The notes under the pieces: generated by a model
What the model saw: only the letters and a program-made list of their open reading frames with translations
Database searches by the model: none
What the model was told of the DNA's origin: nothing
Translations under genes and position numbers: made by a program
Shown: positions 9,227 to 17,984 of the stretch, in pieces
How positions within the stretch are numbered: the first letter of the stretch is position 1
Layout of the letters: each line of letters opens with the position of its first letter
Assembly: GCA_944349515.1 (NCBI GenBank)
Contig: CALVNE010000001.1
Span: 9,703 to 73,702 of the forward strand
DNA length: 64,000 nt
Direction of reading: 5' to 3'
Source: an uncultured Clostridia bacterium
GTDB taxonomy: Bacteria > Bacillota > Clostridia > Christensenellales > UBA1242

Positions 9227-9866
9227 TAATAAGATTAGGTTATTAGGAAGAACAAGGGAAGATTTAGCGTTTTTCACAGAAGATGAGAGTTTAATAAACT
9301 ATGAGCAGATAGATAGTATTGTTAACTCATTTATGATAAAAAACGATTTAAAAATTTTGCCAATTGATGTTGTTGAATTATCTAATAAAAATGGTTGGCT
9401 CTTGGCACCATATTCAAAAATACCTAAAAATATATATCAACTTTATGAGGATATTATATATACAGATCTGGGGTTTACTGTGTGTTACAATGGAGATTAT
9501 ATAATTTTTTATAACGACAATATTGATGTTTTTACTCAGAGATTTACTGTTGCACATGAAATAGGTCATATTGCATTAGAGCATTTTGTAAATTCAGATC
9601 CTAGAACAAGAGAAATCGAAGCAAATACTTTTGCTGCAAAAATGCTTATGCCATTAAGTATTATTAAAGCTTGTGAAGTAAAATCTATATATGAGATTGA
9701 AAATCTATGTGGAGTAAATTATTCAATTGCGAAACAACGTTACACATATTTATTAAATGCTAAAACTCATAAGGGAAAAGAACTAAACAAGCAATTTAGA
9801 AATTTTATTAAAAACTACAAAACAAGACATAATTTGACAAAAATGTATAAAAATCCGTCTACATAA
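9216..9866 (+). CDS. ImmA/IrrE-family zinc metallopeptidase (anti-repressor protease)
   Basis: HExxH motif (VAHEIGHIALEH). Overlaps the stop of the upstream XRE gene, the classic ImmR/ImmA arrangement. Confidence 0.85.
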   Translation: MMNSNKIRLLGRTREDLAFFTEDESLINYEQIDSIVNSFMIKNDLKILPIDVVELSNKNGWLLAPYSKIPKNIYQLYEDIIYTDLGFTVCYNGDYIIFYNDNIDVFTQRFTVAHEIGHIALEHFVNSDPRTREIEANTFAAKMLMPLSIIKACEVKSIYEIENLCGVNYSIAKQRYTYLLNAKTHKGKELNKQFRNFIKNYKTRHNLTKMYKNPST

Positions 9867-9894
9867 AAATTTTGATTTTGCTAGAATTAGTGTT

Positions 9895-10137
9895 ATGAAG
9901 TCGATTGATGCTATAAGGATTCGATTAAAGCAATTAATAAAGGCTAATGGCACTAATTATAATGATTTGGCACATAAAAGTGGAGTTACAGCATCTACAA
10001 TAAAAACTATTTTTTATTGTAAGACGGCAAAGTCAACAACGGTTTATACCATTTCTCTAATTTGTGGCGGATTAGGTATGACAGTGTATGATTTTTTTAA
10101 TGATGATATATTTAAAGATGTTGATGATTTAGAATAA
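9895..10137 (+). CDS. Small XRE-like HTH protein
   Basis: 80 aa. NGTNYNDLAHKSGVTASTIKTIF is an HTH-like segment. Confidence 0.55.
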   Translation: MKSIDAIRIRLKQLIKANGTNYNDLAHKSGVTASTIKTIFYCKTAKSTTVYTISLICGGLGMTVYDFFNDDIFKDVDDLE

Positions 10138-10164
10138 ATATCATTAAGTGATATTTATTTTTTT
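10136..10164 (+). terminator. Rho-independent terminator
   Basis: AAATATCA / TGATATTT stem, TTAAG loop, then ATTTTTTT. Confidence 0.55.
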
Positions 10165-10204
10165 ATATAAATAGACGGATTTTTATATATTTTTTCGAAA
10201 TATG

Positions 10205-10213
10205 TGATATAAT
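10205..10213 (+). promoter_or_regulatory. Extended -10 promoter element (TGATATAAT) 6 nt upstream of the ATG at 10220
   Basis: Perfect TGnTATAAT. No Shine-Dalgarno between it and the start codon, which suggests a leaderless transcript. Confidence 0.4.
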
Positions 10214-10219
10214 GCTCAT

Positions 10220-13105
10220 ATGAAAATCAATAAGGCAACAATTGTTGAGGTTGATGACTACAGTATATTTAATATTGCTGATTCAAAAGCAATTGTTATT
10301 ACTGCAACTCAAAATTTAAAGAAAAATGAAATATTTTCATCTGCACATCGTGTAGTTTCTTTTGCAGATTTAATTAATGAAGCACAAAATTATGTTGATT
10401 ATACAAAGTGTATTAATAATACCGAATTAAGATTTTTGATTAATAAGGCTATTGTTACACTATTTGATGGGGAAAAGCAATTAGCTTATAAAAATAGTAT
10501 TTATGGGCTTGAAGATTTATATAGTTTGCTTTTATTGAACAATATTTCTGCTCAAAGCATCAATATTGATTTTAACGAATATTCTTTTGTTGAAAAGGAT
10601 ATTTTTACAATTTATAAATCTGTTTGCACTAATTTACAGCAATTTAAACAAGATATATTAAAAAGTGCTCTTATAAAAAATGCAGTTAATATATTGAAGG
10701 AATATGATACAGTTGTGTTTGTCGGATTTGTCTTTTTTAATGATATGCAAGAATGTTTGATTAAAAGCTTAAACTCAAAAAATTTAGTATTTATTAATAA
10801 ACATAGTGACTTTATATCATCAGAGTTATTAAAACCTCTATTGCTAGGTTTGGGTTATAATATAGAACAAAGAAAAATTGCAGGAAAGAGAGATGGATTT
10901 TTTAACCAACTAGAAGATAATATTTTTACTCAATCTAAAATAAATTTAAAAACAGAAGATGTAGATAAAATTAAAATCTACGAACCATTTTCTAGTAGAG
11001 AAGAGGAGTTTAAATTCATTGCTAAACAAATTTCTGATAAAATAAAAATCTTAAATCCAGAAGTTAATCAATTAAATTCTATTTTAGAAGATTTTGCAAT
11101 AGTGATAACAAAGAATAAGGACGAGTTACTATTTATTCTTGATGATGTTTTTAGTGAAGTGGGAGTATTTGTTCCTAAAGACACTTTTGATGGTTGTTTA
11201 AAACCAATTTATTATGAGAAGCAAAATTTTTTGAATGAAGATATAGAAGTGAAAGGTAGGAAGTTAGGTTATATAGATAAGTTAAAATTATTTAATGATT
11301 TTAAAAGGATTTCGTTTATAGGATATAATTCAACAGAGTTTGAAACAACATTTGGAAAGTTTATAATTTCTATATACAAAGTCGTCGCTAAGGATTTGGA
11401 TTTGGATACCTTTAAATTATTACTGGAAACACAATGGAATCTAGATAAAAAATTTGAAGAAAATATTTTGACTGATTTTCATTATATAGAAAGTTATTTT
11501 GAACAACTTAAAACTTTGGCACAATGGAAAGAATGTGTAAATAAACTTATTAAATTAAAATCAAATATTAAAAATGAAGAAAATTTTAAAGCACATCCTT
11601 TACACAAAGTGCAAAAATCCACGCTAATATATATTCAAAAATTTTTAAGTTTTATAGAAGCGCTAGTTAATAAACTTAAAGTCAATGGGAATATAAAGCA
11701 ACACATTAAACTTTTAATTAGTGTGTTTAATTTAAACAAAATTAAATTAAATACAAGTGAAGATAAGCAGGCGATAGAAATATTGTTAGATGGTTTAAAT
11801 AAAGTGAAGTGCAATGATAGTATAGAAGTAGATTATGTCTATTTTGCCGAAAACATAAAAGATTTACTATCTCAATGTTTATATGTTGAAAATAAGAAGA
11901 AAGATGATTATAAGTTGGCAGTAGTAAATATGGAAAACTATACAAAGTATGATTATGTTTACTTTCCGCTGTTTGAAGAAAATAAATATCCAAGGATTTT
12001 AAAAAATGAATTCCCATATACAAATGATATTATTGAAATTCTGCAAAAGTTAAATCTTTCCATTCAGAAAAATTATATGATGGATTATCACTTAAAAATG
12101 TCAAGGCATATTTTTAAAAATTTATTTGGTTTTGTTGAAAAACAAATAACATTTACCTATATTTGTAAAGAAAATAACAATTATATGGATATTTCAAATT
12201 ATGCGTATGAAATACAAAAAACGTTAAATTCAAGATTAATTTTTGAAGCATCACACTCAAAACTAAAAGAGTATAAGTTAGAAAATAGAGAACTTATTTT
12301 TAAAAATTTTAATGTAAGCAATATTAATCTTAATCAATTGTTGTTGCAATATTTGTGTCCCAAACTATTTGTGTATAATTGTCTTTTCAAAAATAAAATT
12401 AGTTATAGCGATAAATTTTTACTAGTTTTTTATGCAAAAGCTTTAATAACAAATAGATTTTTTACAAATTTAGGGAGAAGTAGTAAAAGATACAATCTTA
12501 ACAGCAAGGAGTTTGGACAGGAAGTTGATAAGACTTATTTTAATTCATTACTTTCCGTTTTAAAATATTTTGAAATGTTAGGAGAAAATGAAAAAAAGGA
12601 TATTCGTATTACTTGCAGAAAATACATCGATGATTTTATAGAACTTCATTTTAAGAGTGGTAAATTCTCTTGTAAAAATTGTAAATTTAAAATTGGCAAA
12701 AGAAAAGTTATACTTGATAAATTCAATGTTTGCACGAGAGAAACATTGATTATGCTAAACCTTGATACAGGACAAGAAACAGAATTTGATATTAGTAAAA
12801 ATTTGGATTTTTTGGTTAATAGCAGTGGTGGAAAGAAGTTTGATTTCAAACACTTTGATGAGTTAGTGTTTCAACTAGAACATGGAAGTAAATTTGATGA
12901 TAAAACTGCATTGATAAACTTTATTAGTTTCAAGCTAAATACTCAGTTAAACCATAAAAAGTTTTATCAAGATGGAATTAAAAGAATATCAAAAATTATA
13001 AATAATACAAGTACAATATACAGTAACATGTGTGATTCGCCATCTAGTTATTGTAGGTTTTGTATATTGAAAGATATTTGTAAAGGATCATTAATCGATG
13101 AATAG
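10220..13105 (+). CDS. AddB/Cas4-like PD-(D/E)XK nuclease with Fe-S cluster cysteines (inactive-helicase-like N-terminus)
   Basis: C-terminal domain has YLCPKLF ... CRFCILKDIC (Cys + C-x2-C-x5-C, the AddB/Cas4 cluster pattern) and ILDKF...KFDFKH (D...DxK-like). No Walker A in the N-terminal 700 aa. Its stop overlaps the start of the helicase gene by 8 nt. Confidence 0.6.
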   Translation: MKINKATIVEVDDYSIFNIADSKAIVITATQNLKKNEIFSSAHRVVSFADLINEAQNYVDYTKCINNTELRFLINKAIVTLFDGEKQLAYKNSIYGLEDLYSLLLLNNISAQSINIDFNEYSFVEKDIFTIYKSVCTNLQQFKQDILKSALIKNAVNILKEYDTVVFVGFVFFNDMQECLIKSLNSKNLVFINKHSDFISSELLKPLLLGLGYNIEQRKIAGKRDGFFNQLEDNIFTQSKINLKTEDVDKIKIYEPFSSREEEFKFIAKQISDKIKILNPEVNQLNSILEDFAIVITKNKDELLFILDDVFSEVGVFVPKDTFDGCLKPIYYEKQNFLNEDIEVKGRKLGYIDKLKLFNDFKRISFIGYNSTEFETTFGKFIISIYKVVAKDLDLDTFKLLLETQWNLDKKFEENILTDFHYIESYFEQLKTLAQWKECVNKLIKLKSNIKNEENFKAHPLHKVQKSTLIYIQKFLSFIEALVNKLKVNGNIKQHIKLLISVFNLNKIKLNTSEDKQAIEILLDGLNKVKCNDSIEVDYVYFAENIKDLLSQCLYVENKKKDDYKLAVVNMENYTKYDYVYFPLFEENKYPRILKNEFPYTNDIIEILQKLNLSIQKNYMMDYHLKMSRHIFKNLFGFVEKQITFTYICKENNNYMDISNYAYEIQKTLNSRLIFEASHSKLKEYKLENRELIFKNFNVSNINLNQLLLQYLCPKLFVYNCLFKNKISYSDKFLLVFYAKALITNRFFTNLGRSSKRYNLNSKEFGQEVDKTYFNSLLSVLKYFEMLGENEKKDIRITCRKYIDDFIELHFKSGKFSCKNCKFKIGKRKVILDKFNVCTRETLIMLNLDTGQETEFDISKNLDFLVNSSGGKKFDFKHFDELVFQLEHGSKFDDKTALINFISFKLNTQLNHKKFYQDGIKRISKIINNTSTIYSNMCDSPSSYCRFCILKDICKGSLIDE

Positions 13106-15086
13106 TCAATTAAATACGATAATAGCAAGTGCCGGAACTGGTAAGACAGAAACAATCGTAAGCAAAATAGAAAGTTTAATTATAGAAAAACATGTTGACA
13201 TAATGAATATTGTGTTGATAGCTTTTACTAATAAAGCAACGAAGGAAATGAAAGAGAGGTTAAGACAAAAACTATTGATGCAAGCATGCTATAGTAATAA
13301 ACTTCGAGATCAAATAGATAAGATAAACATGGCTTCAATTTGCACCATTCACTCCTTTTGTGATGATATAATAAGAGATTATGGACTTAGAATTGGAATA
13401 AGTCCAAATTATAGAATAGATTCGTTTAGCTATGAAACAAATTTAATTTTAGATAAAATTGTAAATGAAAATTATAATGAAAAAATTTGCTCTAAAATAC
13501 CTACATATACCATAAAAGATATGTTGAAAAATTTTTATAAAGAAATGAAAGATAAAGGAATTAAGTATGAATTAAGCTACAAATTAAATAAGATGGATTT
13601 TTGGAATGAAGTTAGGCAATACATTAGTGATTTATATGAAAAGCTAGATGAAGAAATAGAAAAAGAGAAAAAAGAACTTAATATTTTGACGCACAATGAT
13701 CTTTTATGTTATGCAGCAAGATTAACGAGTGAAGAAGGCATCGCTAAAAAGATAGCAGAAAAAGTTCAATATTTGTTTATTGATGAGTGTCAAGATATTA
13801 ACTTATACCAAATGGAGTTAATAGAAAATCTAATGAAATTTATTAACATTACAATAGTTGGAGATGAAAAACAGTCTGTATATGGTTTTAGAGGAAGTAA
13901 TAAAAAAGCTTTTATCAACCTTATAGAAAAATTTAACAATTTTGGTGGAAATAGCACAATAAATGATATTAATTTTCGCACAAGCTCTACTTTAATAAAG
14001 GTTATTAATGATATTTTTAATTCAAAATTTTATTTTCACAACAGTTTATTGTCATTCAAAAATATTCCTTTGGTAGCTTATAAAAAAGATTCAGAACTTG
14101 ATGTGTTTGAAATAACGTATGGGAAAAATATTGTTGATGTTGTAAAAAGTGTGGCACAAAATATTGATTTTGATGATAAAGCATGTAATAATTATATTGT
14201 AATCTTATGCAGAACTAATAGGGAGGTTAGTGATGTAGCAAACAATTTAAAGCAACAGAATATCAAAGCACAAGTTTATTCAGCAAAATCAATATTTAGA
14301 AGTAAAGCAATAATAGATTTATGTAAGGTTCTTCGTTATTTGAGTAGAAATGACAACATTGAAAAATTTGAAATATTTTTTACTGATTATTATCTTGCTT
14401 GTATTAAATTTTTTACTGAAAGTCATTTAGACAATGTTTTAGATGGTTTAAAGTATGAGATTAAGAACCATCCATTGACCTACATAATCAATAGATTATT
14501 TGAAACAACAAAGATATGTGAATATTATTCTTGCATTTATAAAGAACAATATAACTCAAATTTAAATAGAATTAAAGAGATAATACGTGACTTATCTATG
14601 CAAGGGCTGTCTAATCTTCAAATAATAGACCATTTAAATAGGATGATAAACACACAACAAAATGAACCAGAATCAGAGGTAGTGTTTGAAAGTCCCATTA
14701 TCATAAGCACAATTCATACATTTAAAGGCTTGGCTGGAGATATAGTCATTTTGTATAATGCTGATAGAAATTTATATAGAGTATCTAATACTCAATATGA
14801 GTATGAAGAAAATGACAATTTAATAAGTTTCAATAAAAACGCTATTGTTTTAAACAATTATGCTGTGGCAGAAGATGAAAATTTTGAATATATAAAGCAT
14901 AATAATTTGATTGAAAGATTAGAAGAAGAGATAAGATTGTTTTATGTAGCTTGTACTCGTGCCAAAAAGAAATTGATAATAATGAATTATAGGAGCAGAG
15001 ATAAACTAAATTATCTAATTGAAAATAATGACGATTATGTATCGTATTATAGGTGGTTGAAGGAATCAAATATAAAATTAAATTAA
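13098..15086 (+). CDS. UvrD/Rep/AddA-like SF1A DNA helicase (no nuclease domain)
   Basis: Motifs ASAGTGKT (I), FIDECQDIN (II), VGDEKQSVYGFRGS (III), INFRTS (IV), STIHTFKGL (V) and LFYVACTRAKKKL (VI). Confidence 0.9.
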   Translation: MNSQLNTIIASAGTGKTETIVSKIESLIIEKHVDIMNIVLIAFTNKATKEMKERLRQKLLMQACYSNKLRDQIDKINMASICTIHSFCDDIIRDYGLRIGISPNYRIDSFSYETNLILDKIVNENYNEKICSKIPTYTIKDMLKNFYKEMKDKGIKYELSYKLNKMDFWNEVRQYISDLYEKLDEEIEKEKKELNILTHNDLLCYAARLTSEEGIAKKIAEKVQYLFIDECQDINLYQMELIENLMKFINITIVGDEKQSVYGFRGSNKKAFINLIEKFNNFGGNSTINDINFRTSSTLIKVINDIFNSKFYFHNSLLSFKNIPLVAYKKDSELDVFEITYGKNIVDVVKSVAQNIDFDDKACNNYIVILCRTNREVSDVANNLKQQNIKAQVYSAKSIFRSKAIIDLCKVLRYLSRNDNIEKFEIFFTDYYLACIKFFTESHLDNVLDGLKYEIKNHPLTYIINRLFETTKICEYYSCIYKEQYNSNLNRIKEIIRDLSMQGLSNLQIIDHLNRMINTQQNEPESEVVFESPIIISTIHTFKGLAGDIVILYNADRNLYRVSNTQYEYEENDNLISFNKNAIVLNNYAVAEDENFEYIKHNNLIERLEEEIRLFYVACTRAKKKLIIMNYRSRDKLNYLIENNDDYVSYYRWLKESNIKLN

Positions 15087-15117
15087 GTACCAAATCAATA
15101 ATGATTGGTACTTTTTT
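15086..15117 (+). terminator. Hairpin + T-tract between the helicase and PAPS-reductase genes (terminator/attenuator)
   Basis: AGTACCAAATCA / TGATTGGTACT (one bulge), ATAA loop, then TTTTTT. Only 12 nt before the next gene's start codon, and this stretch contains its RBS. Confidence 0.5.
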
Positions 15118-15129
15118 AAAGGAGTTAAT

Positions 15130-16731
15130 ATGGAAAATTTTATTTATTGGTGTAATCAGTGCAAAGTGCCAATTATTAAAACCGAAAAGGGTAATTTTAA
15201 TTGTAGGTTATGTAATGAAAAATTGAAATATATTTCAGTAGATCTTAGACCTGTTTTTCCTCAAGAAAAAATAATGTTAGAATTATTACTAGGAAAAAAT
15301 TTTAGAGATATACCCATTTGGAAGGGTAGGTCCAGGTATTATGTTGATGGAATCCCTTTGCAATTATCCAATCAAATGTTATTAGATACTGATAGAAAAG
15401 GTTTGAGAAAAAAACTTTTAAATACAAAGATTAATTATGATAGTTTTAATCATTATATTAATTTATTTATTAAAGCAAATCAAGAACATTATAATGAAAT
15501 AAAAGATGAAGCAGTCAGATATATACAGGAGCAAACAAAAACTTATGTGGATTATGAAAAAATGGTTTCATTTTCAGGTGGGAAAGATAGTACTGTAGTA
15601 TCGGATCTTGTTATAAAGGCGTTTAATGATAAATCAATAAAACATTTATTTGGGGATACAACCTTAGAACATAGATGCACATATGAATATATCAAACGTT
15701 TAAAAAGAAATAAATTAATAAACCTACATATAGCAAGAAATACTGATAATAACTTTTATGATATTGCGAAAAAGATAGGGCCACCATCAAGAGTGTCAAG
15801 GTGGTGTTGTTATATGTTTAAAACTGGTCCAGTGAATAGATTGATGACTACATTGTTTGGTAATAAAAAAGTTTTAACTTTTTATGGTATAAGAAAAAGT
15901 GAATCAGTTGCTAGGAGTAAATATAAAAGGACAGAAGAAAGTTCAGTGCATAAAAAGATCTCAAACCAGGTTGTTTGTTCTCCAATATTTTATTGGAAAG
16001 ATATTGATATTTGGCTTTATATTTTTACAAATAATCTTGATTTTAATGAAGCATATAAATTGGGTTATTCAAGAGTGGGGTGTTGGTGCTGTCCAAATGC
16101 ATCAGTAATTTCAGAATTTTTAGCTAAAATCTATATGAAGAAGGAATACGAAAGATGGTATCATTTTTTAATAAATTTTGCAAGAGCTATTGGGAAAGAA
16201 AATCCAGAAGAATACATAAATACAGGAGGTTGGAAAGCTAGACAAGGTGGAGCAGGACTTGAAGAAGCTAAAAGTGTTAAGATAGTTCAGCAAAATTGTA
16301 CAGTTCAAGAAAATGGGAAAATCTATGATTTATCAAAGCCGATAAATGATAGATTTTTTCAATTATTTATTCCATTTGGAAAAGTAATAGATGGGGATAA
16401 AGTTATAAGCGAGAAACTCGTTCTTGATATTAAAACATTAGTTCCAATTATATCACTTCAAAAAATTAGTGATTATAAAATAAAAATAATCACACTTAAT
16501 GTTAAAAATCATAAAAGTCTACATCAAAATATTTTTCATCAGATAATGAAGTTTAATGCTTGTAAGCAATGTTTGAAATGTGAAGGTGTATGTATGCATA
16601 ATGCTATTCATTTAGATAAAGAGGGATATTCAATAGATGAAAAACTATGTAAACATTGTCAAATGTGTGTGTCATCTAAGTATATACCAGGTGGTTGTAT
16701 GATGTGTAGATACTTAAGGACAAGGAGATAA
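15130..16731 (+). CDS. PAPS-reductase/DndC-like PP-loop ATP pyrophosphatase with N-terminal Zn-ribbon and C-terminal 2x[4Fe-4S] ferredoxin domain
   Basis: CNQC...CRLC at the N-terminus. PP-loop SFSGGKDST. PAPS_reduct signatures DTTLEH..TYEYI, YGIRKSES and YSRVGCWCCP. C-terminal CKQCLKCEGVC and CKHCQMC....C. Confidence 0.85.
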   Translation: MENFIYWCNQCKVPIIKTEKGNFNCRLCNEKLKYISVDLRPVFPQEKIMLELLLGKNFRDIPIWKGRSRYYVDGIPLQLSNQMLLDTDRKGLRKKLLNTKINYDSFNHYINLFIKANQEHYNEIKDEAVRYIQEQTKTYVDYEKMVSFSGGKDSTVVSDLVIKAFNDKSIKHLFGDTTLEHRCTYEYIKRLKRNKLINLHIARNTDNNFYDIAKKIGPPSRVSRWCCYMFKTGPVNRLMTTLFGNKKVLTFYGIRKSESVARSKYKRTEESSVHKKISNQVVCSPIFYWKDIDIWLYIFTNNLDFNEAYKLGYSRVGCWCCPNASVISEFLAKIYMKKEYERWYHFLINFARAIGKENPEEYINTGGWKARQGGAGLEEAKSVKIVQQNCTVQENGKIYDLSKPINDRFFQLFIPFGKVIDGDKVISEKLVLDIKTLVPIISLQKISDYKIKIITLNVKNHKSLHQNIFHQIMKFNACKQCLKCEGVCMHNAIHLDKEGYSIDEKLCKHCQMCVSSKYIPGGCMMCRYLRTRR

Positions 16732-16733
16732 AT

Positions 16734-17864
16734 ATGATTAGTTATTTTGATAATGCTTCTACTACTTATAGAAAACCTAAAAGCGTTTATAAAGCGGTAA
16801 AGCTTTATAAAAAAGTTGGTGGTAATATTAGTCGCGGAAACAATCAAGCAAGTAAATTTTTTATAGATGAAACAAGAAAGAATATAAAAAAACTTGTTGG
16901 TGCAAATGATAATTATGAAGTAGTTTTTAGCCAATCCGCAACATTTTCATTTAATCAACTAATTAAAGGACTGGATTTTTCAAAGTTAAAGAATGTGTAT
17001 ATTACAATGTTTGAACATAATGCTGTAAATCGAGTATTATCAAACCTACAAGAAATTTATAAGTTTAACATTAAATATTTGTGTTTAAAAGGATTTTATC
17101 TATCAATAGATTTAGTTAAAGAACAATTTAAAAAAGATAAGCCTGATTTAGTTATTATAAATCATGTAAGCAATGTGTGTGGTTTGATACAAGATTATAA
17201 ACCTGTATTTGAGGAAGCGAAAAACTATGGGGCCATTACAATTCTTGACATGGCACAATCTTGTGGATTACTAAAAATAAATATGTCCGAAGAAAAAATA
17301 GATGCTATTGTTTTTGCAGGTCACAAAACATTGTACGGGTATGTTGGAATCGGTGGTATGGTTATAGATAAAAAATTGAAAATCAAAGACATTATTCAAG
17401 GCGGTACAGGTATAGATTCAGCAAGCATGTTAATGCCTAAAACCTTACCCACAAGACTAGAACCAGGAACACAAAACCTACTTGGTATTTATAGTTTATA
17501 TTATAGCACAAGCTATATTTTGAAAAAAGAGATAAATAAAATTTTTCAAATAGAACAAAAAAAGTTTAGAAAATTGAAAAGGATTTTAATAGATTCTAAA
17601 TTGTTTAATGTATTTGAAATTCCCAATGCAACATCTATAATATCTTGCTTACCTACAAAATATAAGCCTATTAACTTTGAAAAGTTTTTTGATAAATATG
17701 GAATTGTTGTAAGGATAGGATTGCAATGTAGCCCGTACGCACATAAAGTTTTAGGCTCATATCCAGAAGGAACTATAAGGTTTAGTGTAGGTTTATTTAC
17801 AAAAGGTATGGAATTACGCAAACTGAAAAAGTCTTTAAAATGTATATATAAGGAAGTTAATTGA
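16734..17864 (+). CDS. Cysteine desulfurase (class-V aminotransferase, SufS/CsdA-like)
   Basis: YFDNASTT N-terminus, PLP-lysine motif FAGHKTLYG, active-site loop RIGLQCSPYAH. AGGAGA RBS. Confidence 0.85.
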   Translation: MISYFDNASTTYRKPKSVYKAVKLYKKVGGNISRGNNQASKFFIDETRKNIKKLVGANDNYEVVFSQSATFSFNQLIKGLDFSKLKNVYITMFEHNAVNRVLSNLQEIYKFNIKYLCLKGFYLSIDLVKEQFKKDKPDLVIINHVSNVCGLIQDYKPVFEEAKNYGAITILDMAQSCGLLKINMSEEKIDAIVFAGHKTLYGYVGIGGMVIDKKLKIKDIIQGGTGIDSASMLMPKTLPTRLEPGTQNLLGIYSLYYSTSYILKKEINKIFQIEQKKFRKLKRILIDSKLFNVFEIPNATSIISCLPTKYKPINFEKFFDKYGIVVRIGLQCSPYAHKVLGSYPEGTIRFSVGLFTKGMELRKLKKSLKCIYKEVN

Positions 17865-17897
17865 AGATAGATTATTCTATCTTTTTTTATTTTTTTT
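17865..17897 (+). terminator. Rho-independent terminator ending the 4-gene cluster
   Basis: AGATAGA / TCTATCT stem, TTAT loop, long T-tract. Confidence 0.7.
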
Positions 17898-17907
17898 GAA
17901 AAAATAC

Positions 17908-17936
17908 TTGATTTTCATAATTTAAGAGTATATAAT
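17908..17936 (+). promoter_or_regulatory. Sigma-A-type promoter of the LexA-like gene
   Basis: TTGATT (17908-17913), 17-nt spacer, TATAAT (17931-17936). Confidence 0.6.
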
Positions 17937-17942
17937 ACATTC

Positions 17943-17967
17943 ATAACGCAACGGGGTGTTGCGTTAT
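17943..17967 (+). promoter_or_regulatory. Perfect 10-bp inverted repeat at the predicted +1 (operator or 5'-UTR hairpin)
   Basis: ATAACGCAAC-GGGGT-GTTGCGTTAT lies between the -10 box and the RBS. Confidence 0.5.
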
Positions 17968-17984
17968 GATTAAGAGGAGAGAAT

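Noticed and set aside
15130-17864. Canonical Dnd or Ssp phosphorothioation system
   Set aside because: Only the desulfurase and PAPS-reductase-like components are present. No DndB/D/E, SspB/C, DndFGH or SspE-like genes occur anywhere in the window, so it cannot be called a known Dnd/Ssp locus. It is retained as a novel-architecture candidate instead.
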